A stretch of 64,000 bases of DNA, from the NCBI GenBank assembly GCA_030324005.1, contig JARDVH010000031.1, positions 70,784,954 to 70,848,953 on the forward strand, read 5' to 3'. This document shows positions 50,044 to 63,800 of this stretch, in pieces; positions within the stretch are counted from its first letter, which is position 1, and each line of letters begins with the position of its first letter. Position numbers and translations under genes: made by a program. This stretch comes from Negaprion brevirostris (Eukaryota). The notes under the pieces are model-generated. The model did not search any database. It had not been told where the DNA came from and worked only from the letters and a program-made list of their open reading frames with translations.

Positions 50044-53000
50044 CTGTAGAGAAAAGGGACATGAGAAAAGGCTCAGTACTTGTGAGCTTTTATTGTAGTG
50101 TGATAACCTGCGCAGTATTAAACACAGCAAACCCCTGGCAAAGTTAACCACAGGAAAGGTTGTCGTCAACACTTGCCAAATGTCTCAGCCTTTCCGATGA
50201 CTTCTGTCACCCTGGGTCAGGCCAGTACAGTGTGGCAGTGAAAAACAGTGAAGAAACTGAGGATTGAGAAGTGTCAGGCATTAAAAGGTAAGGGGGCATA
50301 GGCTTCAATAAATAATCAAACCCAACAATGTTAACTAATCTCACAAAGACAAACACTGAACTAAGGGTATTTCTGGGAAGAGACCAATCAAGATATTAGC
50401 TATTGTACAGTACTATTGCTCATCTCATGTGACTCATGTGAGTCATGAGCACCATAAGTTTTCCACCTGAGGGCACTTGAACCAGCTGAGGGAAAAAAAG
50501 ACTGACTTTTGTTTTGCATGATACCAGTAATGCTCACAATTTCTACTTCATTTACTTCCTCAGTGTCATTTTTAGGTAAAGGGTGAGTGAAGTTGTAATG
50601 TCCTGCACTATCTGTTTGCTGTGTTAACATTCATAAATATGAACAATGTTTACAGATTGCTTTCTCGAGCTCCGTTTTGTTGTTGCAGTTGCATAGACTA
50701 TGTGGCACCTATAGTTAAAACCGCTACAATCATGGCCTTGTAAACAAATCAGACTCAAAACAGAAAAAGCAAACTGTGTAAAAGAGTCCTTTCGGTTGGT
50801 CCCTGGAGGGCAGCTTTGAAAAAAAAATCCCAGCACAAATATGTTTTTTTTTCGTATGCCCCCATCATTAAGTTCAAAATAATCTATGTAAATAATAGGA
50901 CATGCATAGATGACAGATATCAAAAGGCCTGACCATTTAGCACTGCTGCATGTTCTCATCACAGATGACGAGACAGCAGTGAGTTTTTCTGTATTTTTCT
51001 TTCAGCTGCCATGCATTGACACTGTGATGTTCAAACAGCCTAATCCAAAAAGGGATATTGTTATTTTCTTAACAATTAAGAGAGCAATGAATCTAATGCA
51101 CTAATCATTGTGTGTTACTGTCTATCACGCATGGAAAAAATTTCACAGAAGCACTTGGTCCTGGACAAGAAGGATTGAACAAGCAAAAGGAGCAGGCACG
51201 CAGGTGATTTATTTGAGTGTCTGTCAGTGATAATGATGTCATGTTTTCCAGCACACTGTGTCCACCCCATTGTGGAATAAAAGAATGTCAAGGACAATTC
51301 AAAACACAAAACTTTTATTGTGCTGTAACCGGAAGGAACAGTAAGAACTCGAGCAGGTCAACTATGCTCTTCAGCTGAGAACCTATTTCCTGAGAACAAA
51401 AGTACTGTAACACAGGAGAGAGAGAGAGAGAGAAAGGGATCTGAAAGCGAATGCAACCTGAGCTAGTGCTAGGGCAGAAGAGTTTTTCTTTGAGTGGCGC
51501 AAGAATGAAAATGACCAAAAGCCTGGCAGCAACTGGTCAGATTTGAAGCAAGAGATATGTGTAAGTATACGTTGGGGACAGAGAGGGAGAGAGGAATGCA
51601 GTTGGCAGGGACAGGATGTGTTTTAAATACCTCAGGTAAAATGATATAATCAAAGGCAGCATTTATGTGGCAGCAAGATAGATTTGCAAATACGCCAGAA
51701 TCTGTGCTGTTATTATGTGGCACCAAACAACAAGGGCAAGTCGAGGGTCTGTGCTTCTGCACGGGAGCGAGTTAATGTTGAATGTTTGCTGTTTTGGGGT
51801 CCTCACCCAGCCTTCAACCAGTCAGCCTGTCAATTTTCTAATACCTACAATCTGATACTTTGAAATGAACATTCAAGAATCAAGAACAATAGTATCCTTA
51901 CCATCAGGTACGCGGGGATAAAATGATTCCTAAGTCAAAAAAGAATCTCACCAATGGCAGCTGTTTTCTATCAATTTAACAGAACTTTTGCAAATAGGCA
52001 CAGAAACATGATATTTGGTCAACTTATCTCTATTTCTAATGGAACAAAATCTAATTTCAAAGCTCCATTTTAGCTGGGGTGGAATGTAAAGTTCCAAATG
52101 AGAATGAAGAGATAATAGCAACACAAGTTGCCTTTATGAATCATGTTTAAGGTAGGGAAACCGCTAAAATATTTCACAGGAGCATCATCAGACAAGAGTT
52201 GACACTGAGCCAAAGAAGGAAACATCAGGACAATGTGATCAAATGCTTTGTTAAAGAGGTAAGTGTAAAGGAGGGTCTGAAATAGATTTAGATAGATGGA
52301 AAGATTTAGGAGGGGAATTCAGACTTTAGGGCCTAGATGGCTAAAGTAATAACCATCAGTGAAGACAGTGGGCCATTCAGAAGTGGCCAAGTTGAAGGAA
52401 TAGCTTTAGAATGTGACTTAAATCTTCAAGGACATAAATGAAAAAGGAGTTTGGAGCTGGAGCAGTATTTTCCAAGGATAGATGGGTGAAGGGTAGGTTT
52501 TTGATGAGCAGTGGTGATTTTGGCATGTTTGATAGAGATTTATGGCCGGGATTTTCCAGTCCTGCTCATGTGGATGAGGAACCATTTACAATATCAAGCA
52601 AAATGGGGGACAGGAAACAAAGCGGTAAGGTCAGAAGTTTAGTGGGTACAAGGTCAGGAAAACAGCAGGAGGTTGCCATGGACAAGATGTGTTCGGAGAG
52701 GGCATAAGGAGAGACGGAGATGTTAGAGAATGATATGAGTTCAGGTGTGGGGGTGGGTGAAAGTTCACTTGGTGGGCAAGGAGAAGGAATGGGTACAACA
52801 GAGGCAGCTGAATTGGTGGTCCCAATTTTCCTTTAGCACAGTTGTCAAGACGCAGATGTTTATTGTTTGAAATGCTTAAATTAAATATTTGAATATTTCC
52901 AGAAGAGTGAATGGTTTAATGGGGACAAACCTAATGCATCTTTTACACTGGGTTTGACGAGGAGAGTCGGTTGCTGATATGAGTTGTTCGACAGTAAACG

Positions 53001-53184
53001 GCAAACTCAAAATAAATGCACTAGCTTTGCAAAGGCTGGCAGATGAGAAAACCTGATAACTAATAGATTTTACCAACCATAATCTTTGATGGATCTGATA
53101 GGTTTACATTAAAGTTGATACTGGCTACACAAGACCAATATTGGGAGCTGACAATATTAGCCCCCAATTCTTTTGACTCTCACG

Positions 53185-53520
53185 CTGGATGCAGGCATCA
53201 CTAGTAGGCCAGCATTTTCTTGCTTATCCCTAATTGCCTTTGGCTTGCTAGATCATTTTAGAGGCAATAAAGAGATAACCACATTGCTGTGTGTCTGGAG
53301 ACACAAATAGGCCAGACCAGGGACAGATGGGACATTTCCTTCCCTGGAGGATATTACTGAACCTGGTCAGTGTTTACAACAATGATGGTTGCCATTACCA
53401 AGACGAGCTTTCCAATGCCGATTTTATGAACTGAATTTAAATTTCACCAGCTGCCATTATGGGATTTGAACCCTTGTCCACACAGCATGAACCTGGGCTG
53501 CTGGATTACTAGTCCAGTAG
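53185..53520 (-). mobile_element. LINE 3' tail fragment, interrupted at its end by a SINE
   Basis: Homologous to 47610-47890, and ATCCCTAATTGCC is shared with 39605. Confidence 0.7.
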
Positions 53521-53522
53521 CA

Positions 53523-53850
53523 GGGGCAGCACGGTGGCACAGTGCTCAGCATTGCTGTCTCACAGCGCCAGGATTCCGGGTTCCACTCCGGCCTCGGGTC
53601 ACTGTCTGAGTGGAGTTTGCACATTCTCCCTATGTTTGTGAGGGTTTCCTCCAGGTCCTGCAGATTCCTTCAACAGTCCAAAGATGTGTGGGTTAGGTAG
53701 ATTGGCCAGGCTAAATTAACTCTGGTGTTAAGGGGTTAGCAGGGTAAATATGAGGGGTTACGGGAAGAGGGTCTGGGTGGGATTGTGGTTGATGCAGACT
53801 CAATGGGTTGAACAGCCTTCTTCTGCACAGTAGGGATTCTATGATTCTGT
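53523..53850 (+). mobile_element. HE1-like V-SINE, full length
   Basis: GGGGCAGCACGGTGGCACAGTG head through GGGATTCTATGATTCTGTG tail. Confidence 0.92.
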
Positions 53851-54443
53851 GAGTATCGCTCTGACACTGTCTCCCTTACATTTAACATGACAATGAGATG
53901 AAGAAAGGTGGGAGGAGGCTTGTTGGAGCATTAAGACCTGCATAGGTTTATTGCCATGCTTTAACTTCTATGTAGTTCTGTGTAAAGCCACTTCATAAGA
54001 TGGATACCACCGAATCGTATTTAAAGACACCTCCATATTCGTGCATTCTTTTCTCAGGTTTCTGGACAGCATTGAATGTGTACCAATTACCTGTTATGTA
54101 TGCACTGAAAAAGCACCGGTAAACTGAAAGGTCACAGAACTCTGAACTGGTCCCAGCCATCAGAAATCAAGAATATTAGTGAGTTTTGAACACATGGATC
54201 TGGAACTTTATCATTTTATCAACTAAACATATTTCTGTTGGGAGAGGAGGTGGTCTGTACAAATGGTTGCAACTGGACATTGCACTTGATGTACGTGTGA
54301 GTTTCCAACTCTATTCAGCACCTGAACCATGTGTTATTGATTTTCAGTTCCTGGTTCTTCATTCATTGATTGTTACCCCTATGTCCCTACTCAGTCGCTG
54401 CACCCCAAGGGTGATGAGCAACTCACTTGCTCATTTGAGATAT

Positions 54444-54572
54444 GGGGCGAATTTTCTCGTTCTGCCTGCCACAGGAATCTTAGCAGGCGAGGGGCGGACC
54501 ATGGAAAGGTTAGTTGACCTCGGACAGGATTTTCCGGTTTCGGGTTGAGCACGGCTGGAAAATCCTGTCTGC
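54444..54572. mobile_element. Short MITE, second copy of the 11710 family
   Basis: GGGGCGAATTTTC...GTTGACCTCGGACAGGATTTTCCGGTTTCGGG...GGAAAATCCTGTC aligns with 11710-11840. Confidence 0.7.
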
Positions 54573-56299
54573 ATCAACCAAATGGTGGGTTTAACATATT
54601 CTTAGATTAATTCAGAGTACAACATTCTGTAAGTTGTACCTGTAATTGACAGTCTGTGCAATTGTTGAGCTACTCAAGCCATAAATTTCAAATGTGGAAA
54701 CCAATTTCCAGTCCAAGTCATATTTTAATGAAACCGTTGACAGTCGTCCTATACCAGTGCTGAGGGTTCTGCATTGTTTCAGATATCATGAATGGTCACT
54801 AATCTGTTACTTATTTGCATTTAAAGAATGCCTTTGGCTCAGGGAAAGGGTTAACACACAAGTAATGAAGCAGGCTACTGAATTTCAAATGCCTGACCAT
54901 TTCTTCAGAATGTAGCCTCGACAGCTTTGCAGTGGGCGTCCTGCATGTTCTCTTGGGTGACCTTTCACTAGCCCATTGTATTTATTAGCAATCTGGATTA
55001 CTGCCCAGGCTTAGTAAGGCTGGTATGACGCTGCCATGCCTTCACTTGTGTAGGCACAGCCTGTGTATAGATTGTCTACACATAGTGCTCTGTTCTACGA
55101 GAACCTTTAGCATCAATTGCAACAGTGCCAAACTGTGGTATATTTCTAATTTCTTTGTGTTTTACATCATAATTTAGAGAAATAGAAAAGCTTCATAACA
55201 TAACCTCAAATACACCAAGGAACTGAACTGATACTCTGCAAGGCAACACTGCCAAAAGAGTAGTCCACATGGGATACTGCTGCCAATTAAGTTGTGTACA
55301 CTTACCATCTCTTCATCCCATTCCCCACAACATATTGTAAATTTCTTTTCAATTGGCTAAAGTGCTCTGGGGCTAGGGAAGGAAAAATTAGATTGGTTCC
55401 TGTCCTTGATGACTGTACCCAAGTCCTTAATGGTGGTGCCCATTTGAGGACAGCAGAAGAACATAACAGTGGGGTTTGACTGCAGTATCTACCACAGTCA
55501 GATGACCTGTTTATGTACATGTGAACAATAAGATATCAGAGGACAACAGCCACACATAGGACCCAATACTACTAAGAAGAAAAGGGTGCAAAATCAAACA
55601 AAGAATCTTCCTGATTTGGAGAATCTGGAGAAAATAATTAATGTCCTTGGAGGGCTCTTGTATCTTCCTCACCTCACTGAATAGAAGCCCTTATGTAAAA
55701 ATATTTTGACAAATAAAAATATCTGGTGACATTCCTTTCAGCAGCTCCGACAGACTGAAATGATTAAAAAATTTATTACAAAACAGTCTGGCAATTAAAA
55801 ACATATTAAACAAATCTGCATCCCACCTCAACCTTCAACAATGTACCATCCACAGTACAATAAGTTTTTTTATTTGTTAGTGGCAGGTGAGAAGTGTGCA
55901 ATAATGGGCATCATTGGGCCCATAGAGTCTGTTAATAATTGGCAATCACATCTTTTATAGCTAATGTATTTTTCAAGGTACTATTATCTAATCCTTGTAT
56001 TGACAGAGTGCTTTATCATGTTGAAATATGTCAAAGCACTTCACTCAATTAATTACTTTTGAAAGGCAGCGACTGTGTTTTTATTTAGGCAATAGGGGAA
56101 GTTTCTTTATCCTTCCACCCATGTTACCTGCTGGTCTTGTGCACCAACAGATGCTGCTTTTGACAGCAGCTTGGACAATGATTTTTTGACTGAACAATGC
56201 TCTGTATGACATGTTCATTAACACTGTCCTCCATTTCCTGAGTTGTCCCTCACAATTGCCTTCCGCTTCCCGGTCCCACCCCTCCCAAATAAATCCCAA

Positions 56300-56772
56300 A
56301 GATTGAATAGGTTAGGACTTTATTCCCTGGAGCATAGAAGAATGAGGGGAGATTTGACAGAGGTGTCTAAGATTTTGATGGGTATAGATAGAGTGAATGC
56401 AAGCAGGCTTTTTCCACTGAGGCTAGGGGAGAAAAAAACCAGAGNNNNNNNNNNNNNNNNNNNNNNNNNNNNNNNNNNNNNNNNNNNNNNNNNNNNNNNN
56501 NNNNNNNNNNNNNNNNNNNNNNNNNNNNNNNNNNNNNNNNNNNNGCAGAGAGTGGTGGGAGTGTGGAATGAGCTGCCGGATAAAGTGGTAAATGCAGGGT
56601 CACTTTTAACATTTAAGAAAAGCTTGGACAGGTACATGGATGAGAGGGGTGTGGAGGGATATGATCCAAGTGCAGGTCAGTGGGACTAGGCAAAAAATGG
56701 TTCAGCGCAGACAAGAAGGGCCAAAAGACCTGTTTCTGAGCTGTAAATTTTCTATGGTTTCTGTGGTTTCTA
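56300..56772 (+). mobile_element. CR1 LINE 3' end with an internal 100-N gap
   Basis: ORF reads RLNRLGLYSLEHRRMRGDLTEV.KI...QRVVGVWNELPDKVV.AG.L.TFKK.LDRYM, with tail TTTCTATGGTTTCTGTGGTTTCTA. Confidence 0.92.
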
Positions 56773-57450
56773 AATGCATCTTCCTCCTCTTTTAACAACT
56801 ATTTAAGGACAACTCTGGCGATGCAGTGGTCCAAAATTCATAGACTCTAGTCGGAGAGCAGCCTGGGGAGGATGTCCATAACTCACCAGTCTGATTTAAA
56901 TGCAGCCTGACAATATTGAATGCACCTCCGGCCTAACTGTTCAGGCGCAGGGATTAAAATTCTAGCTCAATGTGTCTCCCAACATTGACTGCTGTGATGT
57001 TATGACAGCAATATCCTTGATTTACCTATTTTTTAAAAATCCCTTCTTGATAATTGAACTAAGTTGTACCACTGATGTCCTTGAGGGATGGAAATCTGCT
57101 GTCCTCACCTGGTCTGGCCTACACGTGACACCAGAGCCACAGCAATGTGGTTGACTCTCAACTGTCTTCCAAGGGCAACTAAGGACAATAAAAGCTGTTG
57201 TCCCATGAATGAACAAAAGCAAACTATCCCATGGGACAAAAGTAAGTGAAGTGGGTTGTAAATGTAAGAGCCAGCAAGATATCACTTTGTCAAAACTGTA
57301 GTATTTTTGTTTGTTTAGGTTTGGCTATTATTCCTTTAATTCCAGTCACAACATGTATGCAGTTGAAAGACCACTGCAGCAAGAAATACTGTCATAATCA
57401 AAATTCAATAACCGTGTCGCTAGACCACATCAAACTCATTTTTATAAAAT

Positions 57451-57739
57451 AAAGTTTATAAACTTTATTTATTAGTCACAAGAAGGTTACATTAACAGTG
57501 CAATGAAGTGACTGTGAAAATCCCCTTGTCGCCACCCTCTGGCGCGTGTTCGGGTAATTAGGGGAGAATTAAGCAAGGCCAATGCACCTAGCCAGCACAC
57601 CTTTCAGACTGTGGGAAGGAACCCCAGAAGAAACCCACACAGGCACGAAGAGAACGTGCAGACTCCACACAGTCAGTGACCCAAGTCAGGAATCAAACCC
57701 TGGCACTGTGAAGCAGCAGTGCTAATCACTGTGCCACCC
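57451..57739 (-). mobile_element. V-SINE with HE1-like head and alternative tail
   Basis: Reverse complement of the 18046-18346 type. Confidence 0.88.
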
Positions 57740-59894
57740 ATACGGTTTTTTGAACCGTCAGCTGAACCAAGCCACTTTTAGATGAACACAAGCTGTTGTT
57801 CTGTTAAACTTATTTTCAAAACAAAGTCCCTGTTTTGAAAATCCAAACAAGCTTTGGCAACTGGTTAAGAATAGTTGAAACCATGCATTTAATGGTACTG
57901 AGAAAATTCAGCCGCTTAGAATCTTCACAGGAAAAGGTAAAACAGATTAGTCAGAGAAGAGTACAGGAAAGAAAAGGACCACATACATAAAAGTATCTTT
58001 AAAAGAAGAACTTTGTATTGGATTGCAACTCTTTTATTGCCTATTCCACTTAAGGAATTAGCTAATACTTCCGTCTGTAAATATGTAATTGTATTATACC
58101 AGTTAGATTATTTGCTTGTTCACTCGATATGTTAGAATTAAAATGATGTAATGTTCTTCTGTTTTTAAAGACTTGAGAGCAATGCTGTGGAGTTAGTATA
58201 AATTCAGATAGCCTCGGAATCAGCAGATAGGATTTTTTATTGTCATCCCACATTTGGTACTCTTACCTCGCTCTCACAGCTGGATAGACACTCATAAATA
58301 TGGGGAGATGGGGCTCAACCATGTAACATATGATAACTGAAGTAATCTAGAGTGGGAAGAATAGAAAGGGTCCAAAGATTTAACAGCCACCGTGGAGAGA
58401 TGAAAAGACGCAAACTGCCTCCAACTTTAGGTCAGTGAAATGTAGAAAGGGAGCTTTTCCACCAGGTGTTAACACAAGAGGTTAAGATATGGACATGAAC
58501 TGAGAGACTCAGCAACATAACCTGAATTCTTCTCAAAGTGCTACTGCTTGAAAACACTCCCACAAAGTTAATGGGATGTTCGGAAGAAAGCAAGGCTTTC
58601 ATTTATAAAGCAATTTCCACAATGTCTGGACATCCTAAAGTACTTTGCAGCCAATTAAGTATTTTTGAAGTGTAGGCATGGTTGTAATGTAGAGAACAAA
58701 GTATGCATATATAGAGTATATGGAACTTCTAACCAATTCACCAAGAGTAGCAAATAATATGTTTTTTTTAAACAAGTAATCATATGACTCAAAGTGTAGC
58801 CTGTAATTCATGCTGCAAGAGACAGGGATTGCACTATATGCTATATGTAAGGTTAACAATACCAGGAATCATTATTTTAATTAGACATGTGAAAGGGATT
58901 CAATATAGAAGATTAATTTAAAAACGTTAGTGCTTTCCGTAGGAGTTGCATTTCCTTTAGCAATCATCTTCTATCCTAATTAAACATATTTATCTTTCTA
59001 CGACACTCAGTTATTTCTTTATTACATTTTAACTTAACTGTTAACAGTTAAAAATCTTTCAAGCAATAATGAATGGAATTGTGAATCATCATTACTGAAG
59101 CGGTGAATTTTTAAAAAAATGTTGACATATCTTTGAGCGTAAATCTACATGTGATTGTGAATTTTAAATTCTCAACACTTAGCATATAATCCACAGGTTT
59201 AAATTAGTAACATCAAATGTTGTGTCGATGTGTTACCCTCTTACCAGTGCCAACTCTACATAGCAGCCCTCTACACCATACTTGTAAATACAGAGCTGAT
59301 TCTCCATGTAGTTGTATAGCAAATATTACTGTGGTGTCGTCCCCTGGACTAGGAAGAGTAAATATTAGCCCAGGCTCTTGCTCCTGAATGCTGTGTCATA
59401 ACTACTGCTGGTCATGTGTACAGGTGTGGATGTTGGTTAGGCAAAGGGATAAAGGACTTATGGAACCAAGGCGGGTGGATAGAATTAAGATATGGTCCAA
59501 CTGAACAGTGCAGCAGACTCAAGGAGCTTAATATTCTATTCTTGTTTTTACATTCTTGGGATTTACAGGTTAAATGTTAGGCTGATCTTATCCTAAATAC
59601 ATTAATGCTTGCTATCTGAGCTTGGGGGCTCACCTGCCAAGAATGCCTTTCCAGATATGCATTGTGCACCATTTCCCACCCTTCTGCTAGAAGATCAAAA
59701 TAACAGAATGTTCGCTTTGGATGTTAATATTTCCTAGATATTAATACAGTTAATATTATGTTATACATCCAAACACTATTGTCCAGTGATGCCTATGAAG
59801 AAAGGCATGAAACCTGGATGACAGAAGCCTTTCAGCAAATGACATCAGTTATTTCAAAAATGGACAAGATACCTGACTGTCCCTGAGTAAGGCG

Positions 59895-60535
59895 TGGGCC
59901 TGAAATTTTAGCTCATTGGGTGCGCGCAGAAGTAGACATGAAACACTCTTCCAGCTGCGATCGGCCCCAGAAGGCAATTTGGCACAGGCTGGCCAATTAA
60001 CAAGCAGCCAGTGTGAAATGCACTCTGGGAAAGTTCAATGCTGTCAGAGAGGCTGGGGAGAATGCGGGTGCAGAGAAAAGAGAGCCTGTGGGTTTCTGCT
60101 TCCATTGTGCTCCCTCAGGGCACAGCCACAGTGGAACTGTCTTAGTGGGCTGTAGACCTGCAAGAAAATAATTTCAAATAGAGCAACACTGCAAAGGGCA
60201 TCTAGGCAGTGCATTCAAGCACAAGCCAGAGTCCCCAGAAACCTTTTTAAATTTGCTTGACCCCAAACATTCCATCCCATTCTGGATTGAGGCTGCAGCA
60301 ACATGTAAAGGCTGCCTGGCCAATCACCCACCCAAAGACCCTTCAACAGGCCATGTACAATTGCATTCAGTTGATCCCTTAACTGCTTGATCATCAGTGG
60401 GTGCACTTCCCACTTTTGCGTCCGTCTGCCGACTGAAATATTGCGCCAGTGTGCGAGAATGTCAGGATTCTCACATAATTTCACGTGCTTCTGGGTTCAT
60501 GGTGCGCCCAGCCAGCAACGTGAAATCCTGGTCTT
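59895..60535. mobile_element. Non-autonomous Harbinger-type element, degenerate
   Basis: GGGCCTGAAATTTT ... GAAATCCTGGTC termini resemble the other GGGC-ended elements, and CpG content is locally raised. Confidence 0.45.
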
Positions 60536-62367
60536 GGAAAGGCAGATGTAATCTGCCTGTATTTCTGCTGGTAACTACACGAGAAGCAGTGCAATATGGT
60601 GGGCTGCTGTGATATGGGCCCATCCAGCCTGAGGTGCATTCCCCCATACCTCTTTCTTGAGGGTGCATCGGCAATCATCTACTGCCAGGCCCAGCTTTTT
60701 TCAAGAAGTTTTGAAACATTTCACAGGACACCTACTTCCTGTTTTCAGGTGGTCAGCGATGCAACTGCCATTTCACAGTTTGTTTTACACTTAATGACTT
60801 GTTGCTTCAAGTGGATGTGGTCATATTCCCCTGGAGATCTCATCCATAAGCTGCAATTACATGCACAAGCTCATGGACATTCTTTAAATAGTGATGCAAA
60901 ATCAAAAGTTGCACAGTTTAGGACCCTGGTTTAGAATTTTCAAAAATTTTGCAATCCTTATTGCCTACTGTGGTGACGGAGCTAAGTCATTAAAATCATA
61001 ATTCCTCTGGACACAAATTGAAAATTGATCTCCTGGAAGTTGCCATTCCTGCTCACATACAGTTCTAAAAGATTTCCAGTCAGTCTTCATTCATGAACTT
61101 TTGTGTCACCAAGCTGTTTACCATGGGGGTCATCATTTGATGATTATTAGTGTACAGAGAAAAAAATCAGATCTTTGAGCAATTGACTGATGGAGCAGTA
61201 CAGAAGCTCAGGCCTCATTAACGTTGATGCTCAAGGAAAGTGTGTTCATAACATGGCCAGACAGATCAAGTCTCAACTTATAAATCCTACCCTTCTACGC
61301 CAATTGGCCTCATTAACATTGTCTATACACTTCTAAATGGGTGTCCACTGCAATGTTCCAAGAGGCCAGTTAACAACTGACTCTAACACTGATCCATCAG
61401 CAGGAAAGGGTATTTGATGGGGGGCATGCACAAGCTGGCAGTGGCCATTCTTAAACTCGCAGTTAGATGATAAAAGATATGGGGCCATACTTTGAAATCA
61501 CTTCTGGGCAAAATGGGCACTGTGGATTTGAACCTCAAAATTTCAATTGGAGACCAACGTACATTTAAAGAGTCTACCAGTACAGATGGGCAAGTTCTCT
61601 AGCCACCTAACAGAAATCCCCACCAATATGGCAGCAGCCAGAGTGCATCTCCACATCTCTTTGTGCACCATGCCCAAATAAGGCTTTGGCAACCACAGTC
61701 ATGTTACGTGTGGCAAAGTACTCCAGTGGTGCCTTCTGCAAATGACTGACCAGGAATCTCTCCAGCTCCTGCCACCTGCCATTGCCGTAGGCGGGTAAGA
61801 TTTATAAGTTGACGTTGAACCTCTTTGGCCACGTTGTGAACACACTTTCCTTGACCATCAAGCATGGAGTGGGACTTGAACCCAGAGCTTCTGACTCAAA
61901 GACAAGAATGCTACCCACTGTGCAACAAAATTGGGACCACGGTTTCCTAAAGAGGAGTATTGGAAGCTACAATACAGGCTGATCTTTTGCCTTCTTAGCT
62001 AGGATCATTACGGACAATTAAAATGCTCCAGCTGGTCGAACCTGGAACTTTCCTGATCATTTAGATGTTTTCTTTCAATTTCTATTACTGTGAAAGTTTT
62101 TCTGTTGACATTGAGAGGTTGTTCATTACAAAATAGGATCAAAATTACCTAAAGCCTCACAGTAGTAAATAGTGTTTGTATGTATTATATATGTGCATAT
62201 ATATAATATATGTATAATGTAATATGTCAATGCTGACTTGATGGGCCAAAGGGTGTCTTCTACACTGCATGATTCTGTGATTATATATATAATTAAGTAA
62301 TGGCAAATCAATGGTGGTCACAAACCGAAGTGACAGCGTTGGCACTACCTTGCATGGAAAAACACAA

Positions 62368-62935
62368 AAAAAATTCTGTGGATACAGGAAATCTGCAGTA
62401 AAAACAAAAAATGCTGGAAATAATCAGCAGATCGATAGCATCTGCGGAGAGAGAAAATGTTTCCGGTCAAAGACCGAACAGCGAAAAGTTAAAAAACGCA
62501 GTCGGTTTTAAGCAAGTGAGAAGGGGGAGGAGGGGAAAAGAACAAAAGGGGAGGTCTGCAATAGGGCAGAAGACAGGAGAGATTAAATGACAAAAGAGTT
62601 GGTGGTGCAAGGCCAAAGTGAATGACAATGAGGCAAGTGAAGGGACAAAAGATGTGTCTAGAGGAGGTGTGAATGTCAGAACGGTGAACAGCTGCCATCT
62701 GAAAGCAAATACTAGAGAAAAATGAGAGTAAAACTGAAACCTGCAAATGAAAAAAAGGAAACAAAATGGGGGCGAAATTACAGTCTGAAATTGTTGAACT
62801 CAGCTTTGAGTCCAGAAGGCAGGCAACTGCCTCACTGAAAGATTAGGTACTGTTCCTTAAACTTATTTTGAGATTCACTGGAACACTGCAGGAGGCCAAG
62901 GGCAAAAAGGTCAGTGTGAGAGCCAGGTGGAGCAC
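62368..62935 (-). mobile_element. Penelope-like retroelement 3' end (GIY-YIG C-terminus plus pLTR)
   Basis: Minus strand 62780-62930 reads SHTDLFALGLLQCSSESQNKFKEQYLIFQ*GSCLPSGLKAEFNNFRL*, matching the PLE 'R...E..LIF.L.TL.P.GLN.EF' terminus. Confidence 0.8.
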
Positions 62936-63619
62936 TCTGTATTCACTCTGGTTTAGATCCCATGTGCTGTCTCAGAAAGAGTAGACCAGCCAAACATACT
63001 TGCTAGCTCCTACAAATTAATCAACCTCTGGGCAAGTAATCCAATCACGGAAATTGAAGCCACACAGCTATGACAATCATCACGATTTATGCACAGTATA
63101 TTAAAAATTTTGAGTCTCCTTGTTTGTGTTACACCTATTTCTGGTGTCAGGATTTTCAATGTCACGTCCCTTGTTATGTCTCGGTATAACAGTTTAAGCT
63201 GCACAGTTTGTATGGTCACTGTTACAATTAACTATTAGCTTTTGCCCAACACCTGCCCCACAGGCCGATTTGTTTTAACTTCTCTCTCCAATGCCCAGCC
63301 CAAAACTCTAGCCAGTTCTTTCAGTCAACCCAGCACTGTAAAACAAAGCTCTCCTGCCATCCACACTGGAGACCCCTCACACTCCACCCATGGTTCCGCC
63401 ACCACCCCCCCCCCCCCCCCCCCCCCCCCNNNNNNNNNNNNNNNNNNNNNNNNNNNNNNNNNNNNNNNNNNNNNNNNNNNNNNNNNNCTGTGAAGTGGAA
63501 GACGCGCAAAGAGAGAAAGAAAGTGAGCAGAACTAATGAGAGCAAGTGTGGGGGGGGGGGGTGGCGGCAGCAGAAGTAGAGAGAAAAAGAGTGAGAGAAA
63601 CAACAACAGCAGGTCACAG

Positions 63620-63800
63620 ATGAGACAGTGGTGAGAATGTGGAAGTCACTGCCGCATGAAGTGATTGAAGCAGACAGCACTGACACATTAAAGAGGAGGC
63701 TCGATACATACATGAGGCTGGGGTTTGGGGTTAAGGCAGGAGGAGGCTCGTATGGAATATAAACAACAGCATTGATCTACATGACCGAATGTAGACTCCA
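63620..63800 (+). mobile_element. CR1 LINE 3' fragment
   Basis: GTGGTGAGAATGTGGAAGTCACTGCCG (VVRMWKSLP) and ATTAAAGAGGAGGCTCGATACATACATG. Confidence 0.75.

Noticed and set aside
63404-63430. Long poly-C/poly-G run beside a gap as a G-quadruplex candidate
   Set aside because: Homopolymer at a contig end, so its length is unreliable and may be a sequencing artefact.
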